64,000 bases of DNA, taken from Candidatus Bathyarchaeia archaeon. Lineage in GTDB: Archaea > Thermoproteota > Bathyarchaeia > 40CM-2-53-6. Shown one piece after another: positions 48,632 to 59,488 of the stretch (position 1 is its first letter; the number at the start of each line of letters is the position of its first letter). The position numbers and the translations under genes are program-made. The notes below the pieces were generated by a model that did not search any database, was not told where the DNA came from, and saw nothing but the letters and a program-made list of their open reading frames with translations. The stretch lies in NCBI GenBank assembly GCA_049513715.1, contig JBEKVV010000007.1, forward strand, positions 29,142 through 93,141, written 5' to 3'.

Positions 48632-49981
48632 ATGGCAGCGAAAGTTGAAAAACCGAAGATAGTCGTTACGCCGCCAGGCCCTAAGGCACGAGAACTTCTC
48701 GCCAAGGACACGAATGTTCTTTCACATTCCGTGGTGAGGTGGTACCCATTAGTTGCCGAATCAGGGTCCGGGTGCATCGTAAAAGATGTTGACGGTAATG
48801 AATACGTTGACTTCAACTCCGGTCTTGTGGTGTTGAACGTTGGCCATTGCCATCCGCGCGTTGTCAAAGCGATTAAGGATCAGGCTGAGAAACTCATTCA
48901 TTATTCGTGGACTGATTTCTATTACAAACCGATTGTAGACTTGGGTGAACAGCTCACAAAAATAACGCCCGGGTCGTTCCCGAAGAAGGTCTTCTTCTCA
49001 AACAGCGGCGCCGAGGCAGTCGAGGCTGCAATGAAAATGACTAGGTGGCACACCCGCAAACCACTATTCCTAGCCTACACAGGCGCGTTCCACGGCCGAA
49101 GCTTTGGAACAATGAGCCTAACCGCCAGCAAACCCGTTCAGAGACGGCACTTCTTCCCCCTGGTCCCTGAGGTGACCCACGTTCCATACCCCTACTGTTA
49201 CCGTTGCCCGTTCGGACTCAAGTACCCCGAATGCGACATGTGGTGCGTCGACTTCATTGAGGAAGAGGTTCTCAAGAAGTACCACCCACCGGAAGACACA
49301 GCCGCGATGTTCATCGAACCTGTTCAAGGCGAAGGCGGGTATATTGTTCCGCCTGACGATTACTTCAAACGCCTCAAGAAAATCCTCGACAGATACGAAA
49401 TCCTGATGGTGGACGACGAAATCCAGTCCGGCATGGGCCGCTCAGGAAAGTGGTTCGCCATAGAGCACTTCGGCGTCGTACCGGACATTGTGACAGCGGC
49501 GAAGGCTCTAGGCTCGGGCTTGCCGATAGGTGCAACAATCGCCAAAGAGGAACTCATGGACTGGGAAGGCGGCTCGCACGCAAACACGTTCGGCGGAAAC
49601 CCGGTCGCTTGTGCAGCAGGGCTTCAAGTAATCGAGATCATCAAGGATGAGAAGCTGCTGGAGAACGCAAACAAGCAAGGCACCTATTTGATGAAACGGT
49701 TGAAGGAGATGCAACAAAAGTACCCAATCATAGGCGACGTGCGCGGCAGGGGCCTAATGATAGGAGTAGAACTCGTCAAGGACCCCGAAACAAAGGAACC
49801 CGCAGCCCAAGAATCACTGGACGTGATGAACAAATGCTTCCAACGCGGCGTGGCAATCATAACCGCTGGTAAAAGCGCCATGCGCTTCGCCCCACCACTA
49901 ATCATCTCACACGAAACCATCGATGCAGGCCTAGAAGTGTTCGAAGGCGCAGTCAAAGAAGTCGCAGCACAACTCAAGTAA
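48632..49981 (+). CDS. Class III aminotransferase (4-aminobutyrate/ornithine type)
   Basis: NSGAEAVE, FHGR, EPVQGEGG, DEIQSG.GR.G, AKAL. Confidence 0.92.
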   Translation: MAAKVEKPKIVVTPPGPKARELLAKDTNVLSHSVVRWYPLVAESGSGCIVKDVDGNEYVDFNSGLVVLNVGHCHPRVVKAIKDQAEKLIHYSWTDFYYKPIVDLGEQLTKITPGSFPKKVFFSNSGAEAVEAAMKMTRWHTRKPLFLAYTGAFHGRSFGTMSLTASKPVQRRHFFPLVPEVTHVPYPYCYRCPFGLKYPECDMWCVDFIEEEVLKKYHPPEDTAAMFIEPVQGEGGYIVPPDDYFKRLKKILDRYEILMVDDEIQSGMGRSGKWFAIEHFGVVPDIVTAAKALGSGLPIGATIAKEELMDWEGGSHANTFGGNPVACAAGLQVIEIIKDEKLLENANKQGTYLMKRLKEMQQKYPIIGDVRGRGLMIGVELVKDPETKEPAAQESLDVMNKCFQRGVAIITAGKSAMRFAPPLIISHETIDAGLEVFEGAVKEVAAQLK

Positions 49982-50016
49982 TCAAGCAGAGGCCTCGGTC
50001 ATCCCCGACCCCCCTT

Positions 50017-50562
50017 CTACTTTTTCAGTTTCGCGCGGTAATGCGCCCGGAACTTGGCTACCTTGGGTGCCACGACAACTTGGCAGTAGGATTGGTAGGG
50101 ATTCTGTTTGAAATATTCTTGATGGTAGTCCTCGGCTTTGTAAAAGGTCTCAAACGGAGCAAGTTGGGTCACGATGGGTGCATCCCAGATTTTCGCATCC
50201 TCGATCTCCCTCACAACCTGTTCTGCAATCATTCTTTGCTCTTCATTGTGGTAGAAGATTGCTGAGCGGTATTGGGTTCCCACGTCCGCCCCTTGACGGT
50301 TTAGGGTGGTTGGGTCGTGGACCGTGAAGAAGATTTGCAGAATTTCCTTGTAGGAGATTACTGTTCGGTTGAAGGTGATTTGAGCGACCTCCGCGTGCCC
50401 GGTTCTTCCCGTACATACTTGTTCGTAAGTGGGGTTGGGTACGGTTCCGCCTGAGTACCCTGACTCAACTTTCTCCACGCCTTTCAGTTCAGAGAAGACG
50501 GCCTCGGTGCACCAGAAACAGCCACCGCCGAGTGTAGCCGTTTGAATGGTTCCCTGCTGCAT
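50017..50562 (-). CDS. msrA: Peptide-methionine (S)-S-oxide reductase
   Basis: GGGCFWC, AEDYHQ.Y. Confidence 0.96.
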   Translation of the reverse strand: MQQGTIQTATLGGGCFWCTEAVFSELKGVEKVESGYSGGTVPNPTYEQVCTGRTGHAEVAQITFNRTVISYKEILQIFFTVHDPTTLNRQGADVGTQYRSAIFYHNEEQRMIAEQVVREIEDAKIWDAPIVTQLAPFETFYKAEDYHQEYFKQNPYQSYCQVVVAPKVAKFRAHYRAKLKK

Positions 50563-50681
50563 TCTACTCTTCCCTGTTTCACAGATGTCAGATCTGCATT
50601 TTAATTTTCATGCGCAAAAACGCGGTCAATCTCAATCCTGACCCATTTCTATACTAATATTGAAATGGTGAGACAGATGCA

Positions 50682-51131
50682 TTGCCGGTCATGAAAGCCA
50701 AGTTTGGTTACACTGGCATTAGGGTTCGCGATCTCAACAAAGGAGTAGAGTTCTTCACCAAGGTTCTCGGCATGAAGGTTCAAGCTCGCGTTCCAGCCCC
50801 TTGGAACAAGGGAGAATTCGTCAATTTAGTCACAGGGGACGGGAAGCACTGGTTGGAGATTAACTGGTACGCAGACGACAGCCCCGTCGCAGGCCCCTAC
50901 TCAGAAGGAGAACAATTAGACCACCTAGGTTTTGAGGTGGACGATTTCGAAGGGGCGTTGAAACAATTGAACGACGCAGGCTACCCAACCCTAATCGGTC
51001 CAACAAAAGCTGGAAAATGGCATTTCGCCTTCGTCAAAGTCGTGGACGACATTTGGCTGGACGTCTACAAGATCGACAAGGCGCCAAAGAAGAAACCGAA
51101 GGCAAAGACTGCCAAGAAAAGGCGCAGATAG
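50682..51131 (+). CDS. VOC family protein with Lys/Arg-rich tail
   Basis: YTGIRV.DL....FF...LGM, LDHLGFEV; tail KAPKKKPKAKTAKKRRR. Confidence 0.88.
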   Translation: MPVMKAKFGYTGIRVRDLNKGVEFFTKVLGMKVQARVPAPWNKGEFVNLVTGDGKHWLEINWYADDSPVAGPYSEGEQLDHLGFEVDDFEGALKQLNDAGYPTLIGPTKAGKWHFAFVKVVDDIWLDVYKIDKAPKKKPKAKTAKKRRR

Positions 51132-51230
51132 ACGAACCTCACTTCCCAGCTGAAGGTCCACTTCTTCTGATTGGACTCCACAACCCTCACGGTAAGACAT
51201 ATGTTCCCTTAAGCTTGGATTAGGGCCAGA

Positions 51231-52109
51231 GTGGTTGCTATGGAAGTGAAGCGGGTTGCAGTTCTGGGCGCCGGCCTAATGGGGCACGGCATAGCCCAAG
51301 TTTGTGCGCAGACCGGCAAATTCGATGTTACGATGCGAGATATCGAGCAACGGTTCGTCGATAACGGCATGAAGATGATTCAGGACAGTCTTCAAAGATT
51401 CGTCAAGAAAGGAGCCATTAGTGAAGGTGAATCAAAAGAAATCCTGAACCGAATTCACCCCACATTAGATGTGAAGCAGGCTGTTCAAAACGCGGATTTG
51501 GTCATCGAGGCGGTCACGGAGAATCCACCTCTCAAGAAAGCGGTCTTGGCGGAGGCTGACCAGTACGCGCCCCCACACGCAATCATAGCCTCAAACACGT
51601 CATCAATCAGTATCACAGAGATTGGCGCCGCAACCAAGAGACCTGAGAAAGTTTGCGGAATGCACTTTTTCAACCCACCACAACTGATGAAGCTCATCGA
51701 GATTATCCGCGGTTTGAAGACCTCTGATGAAACTATCCAGTCGATTCGAGAAATCTCAGTGAAACTTGGTAAGGAGCCGGTGGTTGTGAAGAAGGATACG
51801 CCAGGGTTCATAGTGAACCGGATCCTGATCCCAGCGCTCAATGAGGCCGCGTTCTTGGTCGCTGAAGGTGTGGCTGATCCTGAGGATATTGACAAAGCAG
51901 TTGTCCTTGGCTTGAATTGGCCCATGGGTCCCCTGAAACTACTCGACTACGTAGGCATTGACACTACACTCTTCATTGCGGATGTGATGGTGAACGAAAC
52001 TGGTGACCAAAAGTTTCGTCCAAGCAGCCTGCTGAAACAGATGGTCCGCGGCAACCTGCTCGGTAGGAAGACTGGGCGGGGTTTCTACGACTGGACGCAG
52101 AAGAAATAA
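51231..52109 (+). CDS. 3-hydroxyacyl-CoA dehydrogenase
   Basis: GAGLMGHGIA, SNTSS, GMHFFNP, PGFIVNR, PMGP. Confidence 0.95.
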   Translation: MVAMEVKRVAVLGAGLMGHGIAQVCAQTGKFDVTMRDIEQRFVDNGMKMIQDSLQRFVKKGAISEGESKEILNRIHPTLDVKQAVQNADLVIEAVTENPPLKKAVLAEADQYAPPHAIIASNTSSISITEIGAATKRPEKVCGMHFFNPPQLMKLIEIIRGLKTSDETIQSIREISVKLGKEPVVVKKDTPGFIVNRILIPALNEAAFLVAEGVADPEDIDKAVVLGLNWPMGPLKLLDYVGIDTTLFIADVMVNETGDQKFRPSSLLKQMVRGNLLGRKTGRGFYDWTQKK

Positions 52110-52228
52110 CCAATAGGTAATGCGATTATGCCCGCTTGAAATCGACCACGAATATTTCTGGTTCTGGCCGTCAAACCTCGCACTATGCTCAGCTCTCCGT
52201 TTTATGCCGTGAGACAGTGAAAACTCAA

Positions 52229-53152
52229 CTAGGATTGATGCTTGCGCGTCGCGAGAGCGATTGCAGCGAACAGAAAGCATGCACCAATCACTGTCAGCGC
52301 TGAAGAGCTCTCGCCGAGAAGAAGTATTCCGCCTACTAAGCTCACTAAAGGAATCAGGTAGAGTTGTATTGAAAGCCTCGACACAGCTCGACTGCTAATC
52401 AGTGTGTAGAGTATCATGTTAGCAAGCACCGTGCTCAGAACTGCAAGATAGATTACTGAAAACCAGCCCAACGGTGACAGAGCGAAAACCTGAACGACAA
52501 AATTCCACGAGATCAAAGGCAATGTGAAAACCGTACCTATTACAGCGACCCAAATTGCAGTAGGTAGCGCACCATAATTCTCGACGAGCGGCTTCGAACC
52601 CACCGAGAACACACCGTACATGAAAGCTGCTAGTATCACCGCAAAGGGGCCCGTGATTTGCAGAAAGCTGAGGTCCGCATTGATTGAAAGGATGAATGCG
52701 CCAACAACTGCCAACGCCAACGCGAGCATCAATCTCGCTCCGATCTTTTCTTTTAGGAAAACCCCGGAGAGCAACACAATGAAAATTGGTCCGAAGGAAA
52801 TCAGAAGCCCCGCCAAGCCTGAGGAAACGATGGTTTCGGCGTAGTTCAGTGAAAGATGGTACCCGACAACGCTAGCGAAGGAAACTAGGAGTATTCGTGG
52901 AATGTGACGTCTTTCGATCGGTTTCTTGGGCCTGCCAAATGCAGGGGCCAAGAGCAGGAAGCCGCCCGAGGCTATTAGCCATCTTAGGATGGTCAGGTTG
53001 ACCGGGCTTAACTCGAACTCTGCTCTTCTAATTGCCACGAAAGCTAATCCCCAAATCACACTGAGGGTTATGACAAGACCGTAGTTGAAGACCAGGTTTT
53101 TGACAGGAACTCTGGCCGGTCTCTCAAGAATGGTCCTAGAGTTGGGTTTCAT
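52229..53152 (-). CDS. EamA/DMT transporter
   Basis: IWG..F, two EamA repeats. Confidence 0.88.
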   Translation of the reverse strand: MKPNSRTILERPARVPVKNLVFNYGLVITLSVIWGLAFVAIRRAEFELSPVNLTILRWLIASGGFLLLAPAFGRPKKPIERRHIPRILLVSFASVVGYHLSLNYAETIVSSGLAGLLISFGPIFIVLLSGVFLKEKIGARLMLALALAVVGAFILSINADLSFLQITGPFAVILAAFMYGVFSVGSKPLVENYGALPTAIWVAVIGTVFTLPLISWNFVVQVFALSPLGWFSVIYLAVLSTVLANMILYTLISSRAVSRLSIQLYLIPLVSLVGGILLLGESSSALTVIGACFLFAAIALATRKHQS

Positions 53153-54260
53153 GACGTGTCGTCTGCTCCAGCATTAGTAGCGTTTCCTTTCGTTTCTTCC
53201 CCCAGCGGTAGCCGTGTAGTTCGCCATCTTTGCCAATGACTCTGTGGCATGGAACTACGAGTGAGACCGGGTTCGTTGCGCAGGCTCTAGCGACTGCGCG
53301 GGATGCGTGAGGTGTACCCATGATGTTGGCGATTTTGCTGTAGGTTGTGGTGTGACCGTAGGGTATGGATTGTATTTCCTTCCAGACTCTCCATTGAAAG
53401 GCAGTCGCTTGTACGTCAACGGGTAAGTTGAGGGAGAAGGGTTGTCCGGCGAAATAATCCACGAACGCGGCAACCCGCTTGTGCATACCCCCATCGTTAC
53501 GATGCAGGTCTGCCGAAGGATAATCCTCAGAGAGCGCGGCCTTGACTGCCGTATCTGTGTTTCCCATACACACAGCGCATATTCCGCGCTCCGTGGATCC
53601 CACGAGCAAACGCCCAAGTGGGCAGTCAACGATAGTGTAATCAATTCGCAAACCCAAGCCGCCTCGGCGTAAGGTGCCCGGATTCACACCGAATCTGCTT
53701 GGAACCTTCTCGTACAGCCGACTTCTGGAACTGAAACCAGATCTGTAAAGTGCCCTTGCTACTGTTTCCCCATTCCTAAGGGAACGTTTCATCTTGGCTA
53801 GACGACGAGCTTCGATATATTGGCGAGGTGAAATTCCTACAACTCGTTTGAATGTTCTCTGCAAATGAAACGGACTGATGCCCGCATAAGAACTAAGAGT
53901 CGAGAGAGTGAGTTTTCGGCTCAGATTATCCTCCATGTATTTGCAGATGCGGTCAATGAGCTCCACGTGAAGGGAACGCGTAGGTTCCTGAGGTTTACAT
54001 CGCCGACACGGCCGAAAACCAGACCGCTCAGCTTCATCGTGCGAAGAGAAGAACACTACGTGCTCTCTACGGGGGCGTCGGGCGGGACATGAGGGGTTGC
54101 AGTAGATTCCTGTTGAACGTACAGCGAAAACGAACGCGCCGTCTAAGTTGGCGTTCCGAGTAAGCACAGCGTTCCATTGTTCATTTTCAGTCAGAATCTT
54201 TCTGTGGCCTGGTTGCTCTCGCATTTCTGGCTGATCTCCTGTAACTGGAACTTGTGACAC
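53136..54260 (-). CDS. ada: Bifunctional Ada regulator / O6-methylguanine-DNA methyltransferase
   Basis: STGIYC.PSC, RPCRRC Zn domain, AraC-type HTH, PCHRV active site. Confidence 0.93.
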   Translation of the reverse strand: MSQVPVTGDQPEMREQPGHRKILTENEQWNAVLTRNANLDGAFVFAVRSTGIYCNPSCPARRPRREHVVFFSSHDEAERSGFRPCRRCKPQEPTRSLHVELIDRICKYMEDNLSRKLTLSTLSSYAGISPFHLQRTFKRVVGISPRQYIEARRLAKMKRSLRNGETVARALYRSGFSSRSRLYEKVPSRFGVNPGTLRRGGLGLRIDYTIVDCPLGRLLVGSTERGICAVCMGNTDTAVKAALSEDYPSADLHRNDGGMHKRVAAFVDYFAGQPFSLNLPVDVQATAFQWRVWKEIQSIPYGHTTTYSKIANIMGTPHASRAVARACATNPVSLVVPCHRVIGKDGELHGYRWGKKRKETLLMLEQTTRHETQL

Positions 54261-54721
54261 TTCCGCTCACCTCGCTATGGGGAGCCTTCCCAACGATTCC
54301 AGGTACACCCGTCTTATGTATAGGTCAGTCTCGAAGGTTCTGCTGCCAGTTTTCGAAAACCACTCCTGACGAATACCCAAGCGGATGTGTGATCTGCGAA
54401 ATGTGATCGCGCGCAGTCTTGATGGAAGCGATGTTACTTGGGGTTGCAGGGCTACTATGTAGCGGAGCTTTCCCCATATGTCTAGCATTCGTGCCCAGCC
54501 TGAGAGCTTTTCTGTGAACATTCATTACTTCACTAGCAAGTTGTTGGGTGTCATGAAATAAGTAGGTTGACTCCGAATCTTGCTGTCAAAGTCCGCAGAA
54601 GCAAGAGAATGGATGATGCGTTGCGGCTGTCCATAGAGAAAGGAACAGAACTCATACGAAACTCAATTTCCAAATTCACTAACCTCATGTCAGAGTTGCA
54701 GTGTCTCGGGTCGAGAATGGG

Positions 54722-55666
54722 TCAGATTAGGAACAGGATTGCGACTCCAATCACGGCTATTACTGCGCCCAGCATTCCTCGCCAGCTGGTTCTTTGCTTG
54801 TGCACTATCCACACCAATGGGATTATGAGTACTGGCATCAAAGACATCAGGGTCTGCGCGATGCCTGTTTCGGTGTAGGTTACTGCAACCATTGAGAGTG
54901 TAACGCCCAAAAAAGGCCCAATGAAGGCAGCGGCAGCAGTGTGTCCCATCCCTATCGTGCTCTTAATGGCCTTGCGAAGTTCAGGCAACCTCCCTACAAC
55001 TAGCATGACCATCCAGAGAGACAGTGCTCCCAGAATCATGCGCATCAATGTCGCAGACAAGGGATTCAATGTCACTGCGGGGTTCAAGTCGATTCCTTTC
55101 TTTGCGAGGACCAAACCCACGCCTTGGCCAATTGCTCCGATCAAAGCGAAGAGGACGCCGTAGCTTTTCAGTTTCTTTGAGAGTGGAATTTCTCCAGAAC
55201 GTTCGTCCGTTTCCAATATGACCATGACAACGCCGCCTAGCGTTATGGCAATTCCAACTATAGCCAATGCTGAGATTACTTCCCCCAACATCAGATACGC
55301 GCCAACGGACGCGAATATCGGCGCCAACGCCATGACCAGAACCGAGCGCCTAGGCCCAATCGTAACGTAGGCAGCGAACAATCCCGAGTCCCCAACCCCC
55401 AAACCAACAACCCCACTCGCCCCCATCCAGAACCATTGCCCGTTACTCGCTAATGGCAAAATGGTGCCCAACAAAATCACATGTGTAACCACAAGGAAAC
55501 CAATCGCCATCAACGTACGGTAAGCGTTGACGCTAAGTGAACCAATCTTTTTCCCAGCCGAAGTGAAGATTAGGGAACTAATGGTCCAGAGGCAGGAAGT
55601 AACCAACGCAGCGGACTCACCAACCACACTTAGGTTCAACTCACTCACCACGACTGGGATGCGCAC
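54722..55666 (-). CDS. EamA/DMT transporter
   Basis: ~10 TM helices in two EamA repeats. Confidence 0.85.
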   Translation of the reverse strand: MRIPVVVSELNLSVVGESAALVTSCLWTISSLIFTSAGKKIGSLSVNAYRTLMAIGFLVVTHVILLGTILPLASNGQWFWMGASGVVGLGVGDSGLFAAYVTIGPRRSVLVMALAPIFASVGAYLMLGEVISALAIVGIAITLGGVVMVILETDERSGEIPLSKKLKSYGVLFALIGAIGQGVGLVLAKKGIDLNPAVTLNPLSATLMRMILGALSLWMVMLVVGRLPELRKAIKSTIGMGHTAAAAFIGPFLGVTLSMVAVTYTETGIAQTLMSLMPVLIIPLVWIVHKQRTSWRGMLGAVIAVIGVAILFLI

Positions 55667-55847
55667 AACGAGACTGTGAAAGGCCCTATTTCGTCTTTAT
55701 TTCAACAAATCGCGGGTCTACTAAATCTCCGATCCAGCGAAACTTTAGCGCGTGTTGACTAGAGCGCATGTTGTGTGCGCGCAACATCCAGACCCATACA
55801 CAAAAGAGATTTAAAGCGATGATGACCTACGGAGTCTGTGGAAGCTT

Positions 55848-56234
55848 ATGGTCTCTGAGAAGGTCTTGCATTTTCAGGGTAAGAACAAGGATTTGAAGCA
55901 GCTGGCTGAGCAGATAGCGGGACAACTCCAGTCGGAGGGCTATAAGGTTCAGTCCACTTCGCCGCCGTTAGGAATAGTCATTCAGGCTCAGAAGGCGGGA
56001 ATCTTGCGTGATATTATCACAGCAGACAGAGCATTCACAATATTGGTAGCGGGGCAGCCGAACGACTTCACAATACGTGTCGGGATTGGAAAGTGGGTTC
56101 AGAACATAGCGGTGGCTGCTGCCGAGGCGTTGCTTCTCTCAGTACTATTTCTCGCAGTAGATGTGCCGGAGATGCTCTGGACAAGGCATGTTGAAGGCGA
56201 GATAATCAAGGAGATAACTCAGATCGTAGGGTAG
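55848..56234 (+). CDS. Conserved hypothetical protein
   Basis: Clean 128-aa ORF with TTTAAA box upstream. Confidence 0.75.
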   Translation: MVSEKVLHFQGKNKDLKQLAEQIAGQLQSEGYKVQSTSPPLGIVIQAQKAGILRDIITADRAFTILVAGQPNDFTIRVGIGKWVQNIAVAAAEALLLSVLFLAVDVPEMLWTRHVEGEIIKEITQIVG

Positions 56235-56318
56235 TTTTCTCGCGGCTGCTTCCTACCTCTCGTAATTCTGCAAGCTAACGTCGAAGTTCTGCGGTAGTGT
56301 TCGCGCTAGAACCGTATT

Positions 56319-57671
56319 CTAGGTCGTGAGCTCTTCTACTGACTCTCGGAAGACCCGTGTGTGGACGTCTACATCTTTTCGCGTGGTGTAAGGCGACATG
56401 AGGGCCATGTTGTGGAAGGGCGTCAGGAGTATGCTTCGGTTGAGGTCGTAGAGGTGCACGTATTTGTTCAACAGTGGATCCTTCGCGGCGATGGCTTCAG
56501 CGCCGTTTTTCGGTGGGGTTGCTCCGAAGCGGTACTCAACTCGCGTACCCAATCGGACTGTGTGCCATGGTAGGCCCGTTTCCTGAATCGTGCCCTCGAC
56601 GCCCTCGTTGAATCGCTCCGCCAGAGGAATCATGTGGTCGTAGGCTTTCCGAGTGATCACTTTCTCCAGGGTCGCACGCATCGCAGCGAGGGCGAGGGCG
56701 TTGCCGGTTAGGGTTCCGCCGAGTCCGTTGACGCCTGTTGTTTCAGCGAGCATATTGCCGATTGTTTTGTCGAAAATCTCTTGGCTTACCCCAAACGCTC
56801 CGGCAGGTATGCCGCCTGCAACTGGTTTCCCCAGTGTTATCATGTCAGGCTTCAGGTGGTGGGCCGCACTATACCCTCCGGGGCCAGCGCACCATGTGTG
56901 CGTCTCGTCGATAATCCAGACAGTGCCGGTCCTTCGAGTAATTTCACGCACGCCCTCTAGGTAACCTTCTTCCGGTAATATGATTCCACAGTTGGTCATT
57001 ACTGGCTCCATTAGAACCGCAGCCACATCTCCTCCCATGAGGGCCTGCTCGAGTGCCTGGAGGTCGTTGAACTCGATAATCTTGGTTGTGAGCTCAGGGT
57101 CGACTGGGGGTGGCATCGCGCCCTCGCGCGGAACCACCTTCCCATCCACGAGTCGGACGAAGGTCTCATCTACGGTTCCGTGGTAGCAGCCGTTGAAAAC
57201 GAGAATCTTCCGTCGACTGGTGGCTTCGCGTGCCATTCGAAGCGCGAACCGGTTTGCGTCCGTCGCCGTCATCGCAATCTGCCAGTACGGCAACCCGAAA
57301 CGGTGCGCCAGTTCTTCCCCAACCCGAATTGAATCCTCCGTGGGAAGCATCATCGTGATTCCCTTGCGCATCTGCCTAGCCGCAGCGTCGACAGTGGCCT
57401 TCGGGGAATGGCCGAACATAGCTCCTGTGTCCCCAAGGCAGAAGTCCACGTATGTGTGGCCGTCCACATCCGTTATCTTGGAGCCCACCCCCGCCTTCGC
57501 GAAAATAGGGAAGCGACCAGGCCACTCAATCATCCAGTTCATAGGCACACCCCCAATCATCGACTTCCGAGCACGCTCAAACATTCTCCTCGACTTTGGG
57601 TGAGTTATTATGAACCGTTTCTCTTCGCGCTGTATGATTGTCGTCGCTCGAGTGCGGTCGATTTCAGCCAT
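56319..57671 (-). CDS. Class III aminotransferase (glutamate-1-semialdehyde aminomutase-like)
   Basis: DVDG..Y.DFCLGD, YHG, DETH, GK.(V)AGG.P. Confidence 0.88.
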   Translation of the reverse strand: MAEIDRTRATTIIQREEKRFIITHPKSRRMFERARKSMIGGVPMNWMIEWPGRFPIFAKAGVGSKITDVDGHTYVDFCLGDTGAMFGHSPKATVDAAARQMRKGITMMLPTEDSIRVGEELAHRFGLPYWQIAMTATDANRFALRMAREATSRRKILVFNGCYHGTVDETFVRLVDGKVVPREGAMPPPVDPELTTKIIEFNDLQALEQALMGGDVAAVLMEPVMTNCGIILPEEGYLEGVREITRRTGTVWIIDETHTWCAGPGGYSAAHHLKPDMITLGKPVAGGIPAGAFGVSQEIFDKTIGNMLAETTGVNGLGGTLTGNALALAAMRATLEKVITRKAYDHMIPLAERFNEGVEGTIQETGLPWHTVRLGTRVEYRFGATPPKNGAEAIAAKDPLLNKYVHLYDLNRSILLTPFHNMALMSPYTTRKDVDVHTRVFRESVEELTT

Positions 57672-57748
57672 GATGTTTTCCTCGGAACTCTTGCCCTAGT
57701 CCTCTTCTACGGCCGTCGCAGAACTGTTGAAGTGAACATTTGGCAACT

Positions 57749-58678
57749 CTACAATATGAAGGATAGGAGAAGTGTTAGTGTCACAATGCTCACCAAAGTC
57801 GAGAGTATGATCACTTTCGTTACGAACTGCGAGTCGCCTTTGAACTTGACCGTAAATATTACCGCAAGCACTGCAGTTGGCATACATGCCTGAACCAAAG
57901 TCACGTTCCTCCCTAGGCCTCCGAATCCAATGAGGGTTGAAAGAAGAATTACAGGAATGATTGGGAAGAGAAGCTTCAATGCCGAGCTTAGACTCACAAG
58001 TGGCCAATCGACGGAGTTTGGCTTTAGCGCGGGCTGCGCAAGCTCCATACCAAGCACAACGAGCATGGCAGGTATTGTCGCCTGGCCCATGAGGTTCAAA
58101 GGTTGCAAAACTGGCTCGGGAACCGCAACCCCAAGAAGTCTCACGGCAAAGGCCGCGAAAACTGCATAGATGTGAGGAAGGCGCATTACGCTGCGCAGAG
58201 ATTCCTTCAGGCTTTGAGTACCTTGCGAGGCTATGAAGACCCCTAACGTGTAGGAGAGCACACTGCTCACAACAAAGTAGACCACGGCCAACTCCAGCCC
58301 ATTTTGGCCAAACGCTAACAGGTTAACTGGCAGCCCGTAGTTTCCGGTGTTAACCAAGGACGTTGACAGTACAAACGCGCTCATCGACTTCTTGCCCAAT
58401 CCGAGTGCTTTGCCGATACTCCACGAGACAGACATCATCACGAGGGCCGTGGCAACAGTGATGAAACTGATTTCAGCCCACGTACGAACCCCCAACGATG
58501 ATTGAATGATATCCGTGAAGACGAGGCATGGCGTGAACGCGTAAAGTATGATCTCGGATAGGGACCCAGTTTCTATCGAAGTGAGTCGTCGTATGATGAA
58601 GCCAGTGGCGATGATGATGAAAACCGGGGCTATGACGTTTTCAAGGATTTGAAGCACTAAGCTTGGGGTTACAGCCAT
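57749..58678 (-). CDS. AEC (auxin efflux carrier) family transporter
   Basis: N.GNYGLP, MPTAV motifs. Confidence 0.9.
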   Translation of the reverse strand: MAVTPSLVLQILENVIAPVFIIIATGFIIRRLTSIETGSLSEIILYAFTPCLVFTDIIQSSLGVRTWAEISFITVATALVMMSVSWSIGKALGLGKKSMSAFVLSTSLVNTGNYGLPVNLLAFGQNGLELAVVYFVVSSVLSYTLGVFIASQGTQSLKESLRSVMRLPHIYAVFAAFAVRLLGVAVPEPVLQPLNLMGQATIPAMLVVLGMELAQPALKPNSVDWPLVSLSSALKLLFPIIPVILLSTLIGFGGLGRNVTLVQACMPTAVLAVIFTVKFKGDSQFVTKVIILSTLVSIVTLTLLLSFIL

Positions 58679-58830
58679 ACCCTTTCATCTTGAGTTCGCA
58701 AGTCACGATCGAATGTCTTGAAACAGGCGCAAACTGGAAACGTGGGCCGGTAATAAGCCTCAACAGTAAAAGAGCTCTTTGAAAATCACCATAGACCTGA
58801 ATAACGAGCGAACAGGGATCGCATTCCGTC

Positions 58831-59487
58831 TCAGATACGGAGTCCCAGCAGAATCGCAATTCCCAGTGCTATTATCACGAGATTGCCAGCCGCGAAAGTT
58901 ACTGCCTGTGCTTTCGCAGGAAGCCGTTTGTGTGCTATGCCGCTGATTGACGCGATTAGGCTTTGCCAGGATAGGGATGCGAGGAACGCTCCGGAGATGA
59001 ATAGAACTGCGTCTGCAGGAGAATGCGAAAAGTCAGCCCCCATCCCTAAGATTAGTGTTGTGAAGTATGTTACAGTGACAGGGTTGAGGAGAGTCAATCC
59101 TAGAACCATTCCGTAGGCTTGTGGACAACTCGAACCTTCAACTCGAGGTTTGTGCTCGGACCCTGAGGGGTTTCTTCCGCGGTATAGCAACCACGCGCCT
59201 AAGGCAATCAATCCTAAGGCGCTTGCAACACGGAGGATAGATGCGAAGGGCGAGAGGATTGAAATCAAGAATGTGCCTGCGAGGGCGGCAATGGTTGCGT
59301 AGATTAAGTCTGCTGACGCCGCACCAGCTCCAGCACTGAAAGCAACCCGAAACCCACGACGGAGGCCTAATTCCAAGATTACAATAGCAATCGGCCCTAT
59401 TGGCACCGCGATACCATATCCTGCCACGGCACCGCTTAGAAACGCATCGAAAGGCAAACCTACCACGATGAGGAGCAAGTCACGCAT
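58831..59487 (-). CDS. LysE family translocator
   Basis: A.PIGP, G.GAA.AD, TLLNP. Confidence 0.88.
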   Translation of the reverse strand: MRDLLLIVVGLPFDAFLSGAVAGYGIAVPIGPIAIVILELGLRRGFRVAFSAGAGAASADLIYATIAALAGTFLISILSPFASILRVASALGLIALGAWLLYRGRNPSGSEHKPRVEGSSCPQAYGMVLGLTLLNPVTVTYFTTLILGMGADFSHSPADAVLFISGAFLASLSWQSLIASISGIAHKRLPAKAQAVTFAAGNLVIIALGIAILLGLRI

Positions 59488-59488
59488 A

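Noticed and set aside
55520..55537. GTAAGCGTTGACGCTAAG resembling the Tfx palindrome
   Set aside because: Lies inside an EamA coding region and is imperfect; likely chance.
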